From a virus: 64,000 nt of DNA. Made by a program: the position numbers and the translations under genes. The notes beneath the pieces are model-generated. The model searched no databases. It was not told the DNA's origin and saw only the letters and a program-made list of their open reading frames with translations. The stretch's first letter is position 1. Every line of letters starts with the position of its first letter. Where the stretch lies: IMG/VR virus record IMGVR_UViG_3300020391_000005, positions 20,833 to 84,832 of that record; one strand, 5' to 3'. This document shows positions 48,995 through 59,148 of the stretch, piece by piece.

Positions 48995-50659
48995 ATGGCA
49001 AACGGTGTTGGTATGATGGGTCCTAAAGACTTAATAGCCTTGATTAAGAAACTTGACCCAACTCAGCAGGGTGAAGTAAAACAGGCTCTAGGTATTACAG
49101 GCTTAACTGGAGGCGTCACGCTCGATCCTTTAGGGGGTATTACCAGGTCTTCAGATGAGCTTAATCAAAGATATCAGACTCAGCAAGAACTATTAAAACA
49201 AGTTGGTACAGCTGCAAAAGGTCTCAGAGGTGAGTTAAGTGAGCTTGAGGCATTTTCAAAAGACTTAACAAATACCACTGGTGCCGCGAACGAAGCAATT
49301 CGAGGCTTGGGTTCAAGTATGCAGTCTTTAACGTTTTTCACATCAGAAAACGTTATTGAATTTGGAAAACAAGCTATAGTCTTAAATAAATTAGGCGTTT
49401 CATATACTGACTTCGGCCAAATATTAGACACAGCGGCGATGGCTTTTGGCGCAAATGCTTCTGAGCTTACAAAATTAGGAAACCAATTGGGAACTTTGGT
49501 GTCAGCTTTTCCTGGTCAAGCATCTACAATTGCTAGAAATTTTCAAAAAGCTCAAAGTAGCTTAGCCTACAATTCAGGTAAGATTATGGATGTATTCAAA
49601 AAATTGCAAGCCACATCTTCAGCAACAGGAGTTAGTTTTGACAAGTTAACAAGTGCGTTTGGAGATTCTATGGATACTTTTCAAGGATCCTCTCAGAAAG
49701 CAGGTACTCTAAACGCAATCTTGGGTAAAAATGTGTTTAATTCTATTGATTTATTAGGAAAATCAGAAGAGGAAAGAGTGGAGACGGTAATATCCGGCTT
49801 GCGAAGAAATATGGGTGGTAGTGTTAATCAGTTAGGTAAATTTCAGCTTAAAGCAATAGCTCAAGGTTTGGGATTAGGAGTAGAAGACACTAGAAGATTA
49901 CTTTCAGGAGAAACTACTGTTGATAAAGCTCTTGCTTCAAAAGAGACGTCAGATCCTAGAGTACGCGCACAACAACTTGCAACACAAGCTCTTAATCAAA
50001 ATACTTCTAGCTTACAAGACCTTGAAGGAGTATTTAAAGAAACACTACCAGAGCTTCAACTCGCACTGCTTGGTGTAAATAAATCAATAAGAGAGGGTAT
50101 TTTAAACGCAGCTACGGGCGTCCTGGGTCTAAACAGTACAGAAATTCAAACACAATCGGATATTTTCGATAGAGCTATGCAAGCACTTGGAACTATGACT
50201 GAAGCTGATTTTAGTCTCAAAGTTCTTCAAGATAGAATGAATATGACTGCTGCTGATCTTAGGGAATTAAAGAGGCCCCAGGGAGGCAGTATTACAGAAG
50301 TCGAAAAACTTGGGACAGGAGTTGCAAAAAAAGTTTTCGATGCAGTTAAAAATAAGGATCTTATGGCTTTGACCGACGCATTCGGCGTTGATGAAGATGA
50401 TTCGCGCCGAATAAAACTACAAGAGGAAATTGCTAAAAGAAAAGAAGAGCTTCGCCAAAGACGGCGCGCCAGTAGTGAAGATATTGATTTAGGTAGTGGC
50501 ACTGGCGGCGGGGGCGGCGGAAGCTCAAGTGGATTCGCAGATCGTTTTCTAAATTGGTTAGGCTCTAATACAGTAAAAATAAAATTAGAATCTGATGGAT
50601 CCGGAATTGTTTTTAGATCAGATTTACAAGAAGCCATCAAAAAAGCAAAGAGAGGCTAA
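48995..50659 (+). CDS. Tape-measure-like protein
   Basis: 554 aa A/G/L/Q-rich helical protein directly after the chaperone pair and before baseplate genes. Confidence 0.7.
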   Translation: MANGVGMMGPKDLIALIKKLDPTQQGEVKQALGITGLTGGVTLDPLGGITRSSDELNQRYQTQQELLKQVGTAAKGLRGELSELEAFSKDLTNTTGAANEAIRGLGSSMQSLTFFTSENVIEFGKQAIVLNKLGVSYTDFGQILDTAAMAFGANASELTKLGNQLGTLVSAFPGQASTIARNFQKAQSSLAYNSGKIMDVFKKLQATSSATGVSFDKLTSAFGDSMDTFQGSSQKAGTLNAILGKNVFNSIDLLGKSEEERVETVISGLRRNMGGSVNQLGKFQLKAIAQGLGLGVEDTRRLLSGETTVDKALASKETSDPRVRAQQLATQALNQNTSSLQDLEGVFKETLPELQLALLGVNKSIREGILNAATGVLGLNSTEIQTQSDIFDRAMQALGTMTEADFSLKVLQDRMNMTAADLRELKRPQGGSITEVEKLGTGVAKKVFDAVKNKDLMALTDAFGVDEDDSRRIKLQEEIAKRKEELRQRRRASSEDIDLGSGTGGGGGGSSSGFADRFLNWLGSNTVKIKLESDGSGIVFRSDLQEAIKKAKRG

Positions 50660-50682
50660 AAAATTAAAAGAGGATTAAACTT

Positions 50683-51372
50683 ATGGTATCATTTATAGAC
50701 ATAGCAAAAGGAAGCGACCACTTAGTTAAATTTTTACATGTCGCGACAAATACAAGAGTCGAATTTCCAGCTTTTATCAACGACTATTCAGATACTTATG
50801 CAGTGAATTGGGGCACTGAAAACATTTTTGGTCGAATGGATCCAATAAAACCATACCAGGGCACAACAAGAAGTATAACATTGGGTTTCGACATTGTTGC
50901 ACCTAGTTTGAGTCAAGCTAAAAAAAATATGTTTAATTATAGTAAACTTGTGCAGATGTTATATCCTGTTTATAGTACGCCACTAAACGGTGGAATGGAA
51001 GGCAGAGGTAGAGTTATACTAGCACCCCCTCTAATGAGGGTGCAATTTTTAAACCTAATAAAGAACAATTCGTCCACCAATCAGGAGCAGGGTTTACTGG
51101 GATGTATAAGTGGATTTTCATTTTCTCCTAATACAGAGGCTGGATATTATACTCAGGAGAACGAGTTGTTACCAAAAGTTTTTTCATTGTCGTTTGTTTT
51201 CGACCCTCAGCACGAAGAATCTTTGGGCTTTCAGGGTAATACCTTTATAACTCCTAACTTTCCTTACGGAAGATCCGAAACAGCGGACCCTTCTTCAAAC
51301 TCAATAGGCTCTACAAATGCGGATGTAACACAGGCAAATCTTAACTCTACATTAAACTCAGGAGATTCATGA
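50683..51372 (+). CDS. Baseplate/tail tube initiator-like protein
   Basis: FPAFINDYSDTY..NW....FGRMDPI..YQGTTRSITLGF, APPLMRVQF. Confidence 0.65.
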   Translation: MVSFIDIAKGSDHLVKFLHVATNTRVEFPAFINDYSDTYAVNWGTENIFGRMDPIKPYQGTTRSITLGFDIVAPSLSQAKKNMFNYSKLVQMLYPVYSTPLNGGMEGRGRVILAPPLMRVQFLNLIKNNSSTNQEQGLLGCISGFSFSPNTEAGYYTQENELLPKVFSLSFVFDPQHEESLGFQGNTFITPNFPYGRSETADPSSNSIGSTNADVTQANLNSTLNSGDS

Positions 51373-51716
51373 TGTTAGATAGAAACGAAAAAAGAGAAAT
51401 TGTTGTCAACAGTCATAAGATGTACAAAACACTCGCTAAAAATAGAGGAATACGTAATTTCAGACACTATACCAGGATGAAATTAAGCAATATAACTCCG
51501 TCTGATATATCAGAAATGACAATTATTGATCATATATATAAAACTGGTGATTCCTTAGCAAAAATCTCTTTTGAATACTACGGCGATACAAGATATTGGT
51601 GGGTTCTTGCAGCATTTAATAAAAAACCCATTGACAATTTGATAAACTTAGGAGAGGTTATACATGTTCCACTTCCACTAGAGGATATTATGTATTTTTT
51701 AACAAGAGATGAATAA
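51369..51716 (+). CDS. LysM-like baseplate wedge protein (gp53/tail X-like)
   Basis: HIYKTGDSLAKISFEYYGDTRYWWVLAAFN...GEVIHVP. Confidence 0.8.
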   Translation: MMLDRNEKREIVVNSHKMYKTLAKNRGIRNFRHYTRMKLSNITPSDISEMTIIDHIYKTGDSLAKISFEYYGDTRYWWVLAAFNKKPIDNLINLGEVIHVPLPLEDIMYFLTRDE

Positions 51717-54015
51717 AAAAGATATAAAGTTCAGTGAGCAAGGTTACTTGATTTACGAAAAATTTATTAAAAACAAAGGGATTAGAACACGATCTAAAGA
51801 TTCCAAAAGTGATATAAATTTGGAAGCTTTAAAAGATAGTATTACTGTACATAAAGTTATAGGTCAATATACGCCTGTAGATTTTATTTCTAAAGTAACT
51901 AAAAAAAATAAATTAAACACTTATAAAAATCTGTTTGATTTGGAAACACATAAATTAACATCTTTAGTACCATACGTTAAGCTATTCAAAGTGGAAAATA
52001 ACAAAAATATACCCTTTTATTTTCCTACTGCCGCAGAAAAAACCACAATTCAAAGTATTTTACAGCAAGGGTCTGGTATCAACGCATCAGCAATTCAATC
52101 TTTTGATATGAAGTTCACTGGACAAGATCCCTTTACTCTTGATAAGCAAATTGAGTGCTCTTTAGTGATATTTGTTGATACATTAGAAAATATATTTAAA
52201 GAGCCACCAGCCGGCTTTGCAACACTTGCAGACATTTTTACTATTTCCAGAACTAAGTATAAATCGCTAAAAGAAAGCATGTCAAAAGAGGTCTCTTCAC
52301 AGCAGATAAATAGAGCATCTAGTCATGAAATATTAGCATCTGTTGGTTATCATGTAGATTCAAAATCAACTATTTTTAGTAGGAAAGAAAGACAAGCAGT
52401 AGAGAACACAGTAACGACCGTTAGGTTAACAATAACAAATCACAACATCAGTTTAAACCAAGATGGAACGGCTACAATAAGCATAGATTTCATAGGCAGG
52501 CTTAGTGGCCTGTTAAATGATTCTTTTTATAATGTTTTAGCAAACGAGGCCGATTTACTAGCTTTAAGCGATTTTCAAGACGAAAAGGAGGACATACTAC
52601 TAGAGCCGGATGAGGCTATAAGAAAAGAAAAAAGAGAGGCACTAGATAAGAGAATTAGGCAATCCGTAAGAACAAGATTTAGAAAAGTTTTAGAATATCT
52701 TGAAGTGGGTGGAAAGGTCGCAGATATAGCATATGAAAACACTAGAATTCACAATTTATCATTATCAAATAGCGATATTAAAGAATATTTGGATTTTGTA
52801 ACTACTGCAAAAAAATCTTCAGTAGCTACTCAATCTTCAAATCCTAAACCTGCCGCAGATAAAATAGATGAAAATTCAGACAGCCCTGATGATAAAGAGG
52901 CAGCAAGTAAAACTAAAAGTAAAATTGAGTCTAAAGCTTTTATAGCCAATACTAAATCTATAGACTACATTTTTCTAGGAGATTTTTTGGAGTCTCTTAT
53001 TGTTATAACAAAGAATACTATCGAAGAGGCTATAAACGACGTTGAAAAGGACAGAAAATTAACAAATTCATTAAAAACAAGCAAAAAGCTAAAACCCCTA
53101 ACAGAATCTTTAGAAAGTTTAAAAACAACAAAACTTTTATTAGGTAATTTTGTCTACCCCGTAGGTAAAGAAGAATCAATAACTGTAAATGCTGCAGATA
53201 TACCATTATCACTAAGAGTTATTCAGGATTATGTATTCGAGAACATTGAACAACAACATAAAATTAGGCATACGCTTGGAAATTTATTTACAGATGTTGT
53301 TACTAAAATATTACCAAGGGCCCTCAAGCAGCACACTTATATTGATGCGCCTGAGATTGATGATGTAACATACAAATCTATTATATTGACAGGTGATAAA
53401 GTAAAGGATTTGGAGTTTGGTGTTGATGTAGATATAAAAAATCTGCCCGATTTTGTAAAGCAGAAAAGTAGAAAAAGATCAGCAGATGACGATATTGATT
53501 ATCTTGTAATGTATGCAGAAATTTCTAAAAAAATGCCATCTGGCTTAGATGGCAATTTAAGAAAAGATGCATCAAATGGTATATATCATTTTAATTTGGG
53601 CAAAGATAGGGGTATGTTAAAGTCCATAAATTTTTCTCAAATAAACCAACAGTTTAGAAGAGAGGCTCTAATGATGGAGTCTGTTAGTTTATATGATGAG
53701 CTTAAGATGCCGTATAGTGCATCGATTACCATGTTTGGTAATGGATTGTTTCTACCCGGATCGGTCGTTTACATAAATCCTTCAAGTGTAGGTTTTGGAG
53801 ACCCTAGAAACAAAAGGTCGGCCTCAGCCAGACTTGGTCTAGGTGGATATTATACAGTGATTTCAGTACAGACTACGTTTAATAGTGGACAATTAAATAC
53901 GACCTTGCAAGCTGAGTATTTATCTTGGGCTGATGCAGATACTACTAGAATGTCAGAGACAATAGATTCACTCAGACTGCAGGCACTTGCAACTATTGAT
54001 AGAGGAGAAAGATAG
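51709..54015 (+). CDS. Baseplate hub-like protein
   Basis: C-terminal YSASITMFGNGLFLPGSVVYI...LGGYYTVISV, typical of hub/late-control-D-like proteins; position after the LysM gene. Confidence 0.55.
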   Translation: MNKKDIKFSEQGYLIYEKFIKNKGIRTRSKDSKSDINLEALKDSITVHKVIGQYTPVDFISKVTKKNKLNTYKNLFDLETHKLTSLVPYVKLFKVENNKNIPFYFPTAAEKTTIQSILQQGSGINASAIQSFDMKFTGQDPFTLDKQIECSLVIFVDTLENIFKEPPAGFATLADIFTISRTKYKSLKESMSKEVSSQQINRASSHEILASVGYHVDSKSTIFSRKERQAVENTVTTVRLTITNHNISLNQDGTATISIDFIGRLSGLLNDSFYNVLANEADLLALSDFQDEKEDILLEPDEAIRKEKREALDKRIRQSVRTRFRKVLEYLEVGGKVADIAYENTRIHNLSLSNSDIKEYLDFVTTAKKSSVATQSSNPKPAADKIDENSDSPDDKEAASKTKSKIESKAFIANTKSIDYIFLGDFLESLIVITKNTIEEAINDVEKDRKLTNSLKTSKKLKPLTESLESLKTTKLLLGNFVYPVGKEESITVNAADIPLSLRVIQDYVFENIEQQHKIRHTLGNLFTDVVTKILPRALKQHTYIDAPEIDDVTYKSIILTGDKVKDLEFGVDVDIKNLPDFVKQKSRKRSADDDIDYLVMYAEISKKMPSGLDGNLRKDASNGIYHFNLGKDRGMLKSINFSQINQQFRREALMMESVSLYDELKMPYSASITMFGNGLFLPGSVVYINPSSVGFGDPRNKRSASARLGLGGYYTVISVQTTFNSGQLNTTLQAEYLSWADADTTRMSETIDSLRLQALATIDRGER

Positions 54016-54016
54016 A

Positions 54017-55183
54017 GTGGCTATAGAATACGGTGGCGGTGCTACAAGCGGTACGCGGGATAATTTTCTTCAAAGAAAAAAATATAAAGAATCAGTTTCG
54101 ATTCCTGGTGTTATGATGTTGGATACTTGGTATGAAAAGCCAAATTATGGTTTATTGACAAAAAATTATGAACCCACTATACTTAGTACTGATGAATTAA
54201 CATTTGAAAGATTTAACAAAGGCGGCTCAAGTAATTTGTTACCATTTGGAATATACACTTCTCCAACTGCTAGGTGTGCTACATTTGTTGTTCAAGCGTT
54301 TAATGATTTTAGAAATGAATATATCGAAAGAGAGAATACTTCTTTATTATCTTATCCAAAATTTATAGAATCATTAATCCCAGCAAAAGGGTACGTGAAT
54401 TTTGACTCTGCCTATCAGCTTTACATATCTACATTAATAGAAAAAGTACTGCCATCTTTGTTAGAAAAAGTTACAGGCATTGAAAACTTTGACTTTTATT
54501 TTGATGAAATTATTGAATCTAACATATCAAAATTTCCCATAACTAGAAGTGGGTTTCTCTTATCGAATAAGTGCCCTATAAATGTTTCAGGTTTGTGCGT
54601 TGAGTTGGCTAGTGTCTCATATTCAGATGACAAAAGCAAAGGGGAAATGATAGCATCAAAAGATTTCCAGTGTTACGCAGAATTAGCAAATGAATATGGG
54701 TTTTATGTAGACAAAAATACGCCATGGAGAATAATAGCCAATCTAGAGTCAGAAAAAATGAAAGAATATATATCATTTACTAGAGAAGATACAAGCACTG
54801 AAATTATATTAAATAAAACATTTAGAACAAAAACTCACTACGATGATATTTCCAGCTTTTATTTTTTTTACAATTCAATTCTATCAAGATTAAAAAAATT
54901 AAAACCTATTAATCTGGGAAGACCCATGTCAGAACTTAAAGCTATTGAAAAAACTTTAAAAATTAGGATGATAGAGGTTGGCTGCAATATGAATAATTAT
55001 CAAGAAAATTTACAAACTGTTCTTGACTTACACAATACTTATAGTGTATACTATCCTAGTAACACATTAAAGCCAGCATCTGCAAAAATAGGTAAAATAT
55101 GTTCCGAACAACTAAAAAATATATATGAAAAAAAAGAAAGTACTAGTAGTAATAACACCACAACACTAAAAAATTATTTATGA
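54017..55183 (+). CDS. Hypothetical protein
   Basis: Probable GTG start at 54017 after GAGGAG; YGFYVDKNTPWRIIANL. Confidence 0.6.
   Translation: MAIEYGGGATSGTRDNFLQRKKYKESVSIPGVMMLDTWYEKPNYGLLTKNYEPTILSTDELTFERFNKGGSSNLLPFGIYTSPTARCATFVVQAFNDFRNEYIERENTSLLSYPKFIESLIPAKGYVNFDSAYQLYISTLIEKVLPSLLEKVTGIENFDFYFDEIIESNISKFPITRSGFLLSNKCPINVSGLCVELASVSYSDDKSKGEMIASKDFQCYAELANEYGFYVDKNTPWRIIANLESEKMKEYISFTREDTSTEIILNKTFRTKTHYDDISSFYFFYNSILSRLKKLKPINLGRPMSELKAIEKTLKIRMIEVGCNMNNYQENLQTVLDLHNTYSVYYPSNTLKPASAKIGKICSEQLKNIYEKKESTSSNNTTTLKNYL
55023..55052 (+). promoter_or_regulatory. Possible sigma70-type promoter opening the replication block
   Basis: TTGACT-18 nt-TATACT inside the preceding gene, ~130 nt upstream of the PolA-like gene. 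Confidence 0.45.
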
Positions 55184-56310
55184 TATTACAAACATTAGAT
55201 ATTGAAAATAACTGCACCGGCGTTTTCCATGATAATAAAATTATTTTAGATAACTATCAAGATATTTTACAAAATTACAATTTGGCATGGAGGCATACGC
55301 CAATGTTAAATGATGAAAAGTATAAATATTTATTTCTTCTACTAAAACAAGAAGAATTATCACATTTTTGTCATGATTCGGAACTGTTTAAAAAGTGTAA
55401 AATAAAGATGTTAGCACATCAGAAAGCAGCCACAGCAGCTAAAATTAATTTTCAAGAGTCTTGTTTTTTTGACTTGATACCAGAACATCAACTTTTAAAA
55501 TGGTTTCAGATTCGTAAAGATGCTTTATTAAATTTATATAATACTAAGTCATTTGATGAAGATTATAATATACTGCATAAAATTCACGTACTCACAACAA
55601 ATATATCTAGGCAAAACATTATTTTTAATAAAGCCATTGGGAGAGTTGTGTATAATATGTTCGGTTCAGCAACCGGAAGGTTGACAACAAACAAGGGATC
55701 TGTTCCTGTGCTAACATTAAAAAAGGAGCAAAGAAATTTACTTGAACCAAGCAATGATGCGTTTGTAGAACTCGACCTAAATGCAGCTGAGATTAGAATG
55801 CTTATGGCACTGTCTGGCAAAGAACAGCCTCAAGGAGATATTCACAATCATTTACAAAACAAGATTTTTGGTCAAAATCTTTCACGCTCGAGTTTTAAAG
55901 AAAAACTCTTCGCATGGTTATACAATCCCGTATCTAAAGATCTAGATTTTGACAGCTTCTTTTCTCGGAAAACATTTAAAAATTTTTATGATTTAAAGAA
56001 TCATATATTAAAGACTCCTTTTGGTCGTAAGTTGCAAGTAGAAGAAAGAAAGGCTCAAAATTATTTACTTCAATCAACGACTTCAGATCAGGTTCTCGAA
56101 AACGCATATAAAATTCAAAAAATGCTTAAGCATAAGAAGTCTAAAATTGCATTTACACTTCACGATTCAATTATTCTTGACATGTCGTTAAAAGATGCTA
56201 TAATGTTAAAAGATATAAAAAACCAGTTTGAGTATACTCGATGGGGTATGTTTCCAAGCACCTGCAAAATAGGCAAAACTTTTGGAACTTTGAAGGAAAT
56301 TAAAATTTGA
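55180..56310 (+). CDS. Short family A DNA polymerase-like protein (polymerase core only)
   Basis: TGRLTT, motif A ELDLNAAEIRMLMALS, DIH, motif B-like KEKLFAWLY, TPFGR, AQNYLLQST, motif C LHDSIILD. Confidence 0.8.
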   Translation: MILQTLDIENNCTGVFHDNKIILDNYQDILQNYNLAWRHTPMLNDEKYKYLFLLLKQEELSHFCHDSELFKKCKIKMLAHQKAATAAKINFQESCFFDLIPEHQLLKWFQIRKDALLNLYNTKSFDEDYNILHKIHVLTTNISRQNIIFNKAIGRVVYNMFGSATGRLTTNKGSVPVLTLKKEQRNLLEPSNDAFVELDLNAAEIRMLMALSGKEQPQGDIHNHLQNKIFGQNLSRSSFKEKLFAWLYNPVSKDLDFDSFFSRKTFKNFYDLKNHILKTPFGRKLQVEERKAQNYLLQSTTSDQVLENAYKIQKMLKHKKSKIAFTLHDSIILDMSLKDAIMLKDIKNQFEYTRWGMFPSTCKIGKTFGTLKEIKI

Positions 56311-57164
56311 AAACAGTATTAGGAATAGGAACAGCAGGTTCCAACATAGTGAAACAATTTTCAAAGTATAAAATGTATAAAATTTATACTGTTTGCGCCG
56401 AAAATACTAAAACAACAAAATACAATTTCAAAATACCAGAACTTGACGGTCCAGAAGAGTACGAAATTATGGATACGAAAAAATTAGAAAAATGGCTTTC
56501 TACAATCGATAGAAATTGCACTGTTTTTTTGTGCGGAGCTTCAAATTCTTCAGGTCTAACTTTGAAAGCATTGCACTCTCTCTACAAAAAAGGTGTTAAA
56601 TTAGATATTGTATACTTTATGCCAGAGATAGAAGTGTTATCAGAAGAAAAAACATTGAATGAAAGAGCAGTTAGAAATATATTACAAAATTATGCAAGAA
56701 GTGGCTTATTTGAAAAAATATGTCTTGTATCCAATCTTAATTTAGAGCATCTAGTTGGCTCAGCCAGTGTATATGATTATTACGAAAAAATAAATAATGT
56801 TTTTACAAGTACATATTATATGTTGGATGTGTTTAAAAATACAAAACCGATTACATCTACATTTAAGAGGCCGAAAGAATCATGCCGAATAACAACAATT
56901 GGAATATCTTCCTTAGATGAAGAAGATAAATTATTTTTTCCTTTTAAGCAAGAAGTCGATGTAGTATACTACTACGGTATTGAAGAAGAAAAATTAAAAA
57001 CAGAGGAAAATTTGTTTAGAACAATTACAAACAGAGTAAAATCAAAAATCACAGAAGAAAAAAAAGTCTCATTTGGGATCTATCCAACACAATACGAAAA
57101 CGATTATATCTATGCAGAGTACTTTTCTCCAAAAATACAAGAAATAATTGTTGACTCAGAATAA
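56307..57164 (+). CDS. Divergent tubulin/FtsZ-superfamily protein
   Basis: N-terminal VLGIGTAGSNIV (GxGxxGxN loop); signature loop degenerate (CGASNSSG); later VSN and INN match FtsZ-fold positions; TTG start. Confidence 0.6.
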   Translation: MKTVLGIGTAGSNIVKQFSKYKMYKIYTVCAENTKTTKYNFKIPELDGPEEYEIMDTKKLEKWLSTIDRNCTVFLCGASNSSGLTLKALHSLYKKGVKLDIVYFMPEIEVLSEEKTLNERAVRNILQNYARSGLFEKICLVSNLNLEHLVGSASVYDYYEKINNVFTSTYYMLDVFKNTKPITSTFKRPKESCRITTIGISSLDEEDKLFFPFKQEVDVVYYYGIEEEKLKTEENLFRTITNRVKSKITEEKKVSFGIYPTQYENDYIYAEYFSPKIQEIIVDSE

Positions 57165-57179
57165 AAAATAAGATATTAT
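57151..57179 (+). promoter_or_regulatory. Sigma70-type promoter for SSB/RecA
   Basis: TTGACT-17 nt-TATTAT. Confidence 0.65.
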
Positions 57180-57263
57180 ATAAAGAGTTGGTCAGGATAT
57201 TTGCTGACCTGCTATAGCCAAGAGTGTGCAAAAAAAACAACAAACCAATAGGAGGTATTAAAA

Positions 57264-58016
57264 ATGGCACTTAATTTAGACGCAATGAAAGCGAAGTTAG
57301 ATAAACTTAACGGAAAAGGTGACGGAGGAAAAAAGAACTTTTGGAGACCCGAGGACGGTGAAAGTAATATTCGTATTGTTTCCACGCCAGACGGCGATCC
57401 GTTCAAGGAAAAGTTTTTCCACTATGGAATCGGTGGACAATCCTTTTTGTGTCCCAAAAGAAATTTCGGAGATGATTGCCCAGCCTGCAACTTTGCAAAT
57501 AAACTTTGGAACGAGGGCACTGAAGAAAGTAAAAGGCAAGCAAAAGAAATGTTTGCAAAGCAAAGATTCTTTTCTCCTGTTCTCGTTCGTGGAGAAGAGT
57601 CTGAAGGTATTAGAGTATGGGGTTATGGCAAAATGGCCTATGAAAAACTTCTTACAATTGTACTTGACCCTGACTATGGAGACATTACAGATCCGGAAAC
57701 TGGAAATGATCTTAAATTAATGTACGGTAAGTTACCAGGTGCAAGTTTCCCGAGGACAGATATTAGACCTCGCCCAAGAAAAACTGTCCTTTGTGATGAG
57801 GCTGTTGGCGGCGATGATCGCTGCGCAGAATTACTTGAAACCATCCCAAATTTTGATGAGATTTTTGAGAGAAAAACAACAGAGGAAGTTCAGTCAATCA
57901 TGGATCAACACCTAGCCGGTGATTCTGGGAGACCAGAGGTCGAAAAGTTTGGTACAAGTTCAGACAACACGTCTGATTCAGTAGAAGCCGCTTTTAATGA
58001 TTTGTTGAATCAATAG
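57264..58016 (+). CDS. Single-stranded DNA-binding protein (T4 gp32-like)
   Basis: FWRP..G...IRI, HY...CPKRNFGDDCPAC zinc site, DITDPETGND, acidic tail AFNDLLNQ; AGGAGGT RBS. Confidence 0.85.
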   Translation: MALNLDAMKAKLDKLNGKGDGGKKNFWRPEDGESNIRIVSTPDGDPFKEKFFHYGIGGQSFLCPKRNFGDDCPACNFANKLWNEGTEESKRQAKEMFAKQRFFSPVLVRGEESEGIRVWGYGKMAYEKLLTIVLDPDYGDITDPETGNDLKLMYGKLPGASFPRTDIRPRPRKTVLCDEAVGGDDRCAELLETIPNFDEIFERKTTEEVQSIMDQHLAGDSGRPEVEKFGTSSDNTSDSVEAAFNDLLNQ

Positions 58017-58026
58017 GTAAATAACA

Positions 58027-59148
58027 ATGGCAAAAATTTCAAAATTAAAAAAAGGTGCCCTAGATATAGCATCTATTAGGGGCATTATAAATAAAAAAGC
58101 AGGGAGAGAAGTAGCACACTCTCTACAAGACAATAACCCAACACAAGTTAATGAGTGGATTCCTACTGGTTCGAGATGGTTAGATTCAATTGTTTGCAAA
58201 GGTAAATTAGCCGGCATTCCAGTTGGTAAAATTTCAGAAATTGCAGGATTAGAAGCTACAGGTAAATCTTTTATGGCTGCTAAAGTTGCAGCTAACGCAC
58301 AGGCAATGGGGGTAGACGTGGTTTATTTTGATTCCGAATCGGCTATTGACCCATCTTTTCTTGACCGCGCTGGTTGCGATCTTGAAAAATTAATGTATGT
58401 TCAGGCAGAGTCTGTAGAATTCGTGCTTGAAACAATTGAAGAATTATTATCAACTGGCAATAAATGGTTATTTATTTGGGATTCCCTAGCGTTAACCCCT
58501 TCAATCTCAGATATTGAAGGAGATTTTAACCCTCAATCTTCTATGGCAGTAAAACCTCGCATCTTAGCTAAAGGTTTGTCAAAATTAACTATACCAATTG
58601 CTGATGCTGATGCAACGCTCTTAGTTCTAAATCAGTTAAAAACTAATCTGGGTGCTCGAACTCCAGCGCAAGCCATGACAACACCATATGTAACTCCTGG
58701 TGGTAAAGCGCTTCCATATGCTTACTCTCTACGTATTTGGCTAACTGCAAGAAAAGCAAAAGCCAGCTTTATTTTAGACGATAATGGTTATCGAATTGGA
58801 TCAGAAGTAAAAGTAAAGCTAGAAAAATCTAGATTTGGTACCGCAGGTAGAACTTGTAATTTTAAAATACTGTGGGGTGATGAGTCTGTTGGGGTGCAAG
58901 ATGAAGAAAGTTGGTTTGACGCTATTCAAATTTCTGAAAGACTCAAACAATCTGGAGCTTGGTTTTCAATCGTTCACAAAGATGGCACTGAAACAAAATT
59001 TCAAAGAAAACAGTGGTTAGACAAACTATGTGATGATAAATTTAGAGATACTGTATTGACTATTATGGATGAAGATGTAATTATGAAATTCAGCAATAGA
59101 GAAGGAAATGCAGCAGATTTCTATGATGATGAGGAAAACAAAGAATAA
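58027..59148 (+). CDS. recA: RecA/UvsX recombinase
   Basis: IPTGSRWLD, GIPVGKISEIAGLEATGKS, YFDSESAID, IWDSLA, LNQLK, TPGGKALPYAYSLRI. Confidence 0.93.
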   Translation: MAKISKLKKGALDIASIRGIINKKAGREVAHSLQDNNPTQVNEWIPTGSRWLDSIVCKGKLAGIPVGKISEIAGLEATGKSFMAAKVAANAQAMGVDVVYFDSESAIDPSFLDRAGCDLEKLMYVQAESVEFVLETIEELLSTGNKWLFIWDSLALTPSISDIEGDFNPQSSMAVKPRILAKGLSKLTIPIADADATLLVLNQLKTNLGARTPAQAMTTPYVTPGGKALPYAYSLRIWLTARKAKASFILDDNGYRIGSEVKVKLEKSRFGTAGRTCNFKILWGDESVGVQDEESWFDAIQISERLKQSGAWFSIVHKDGTETKFQRKQWLDKLCDDKFRDTVLTIMDEDVIMKFSNREGNAADFYDDEENKE

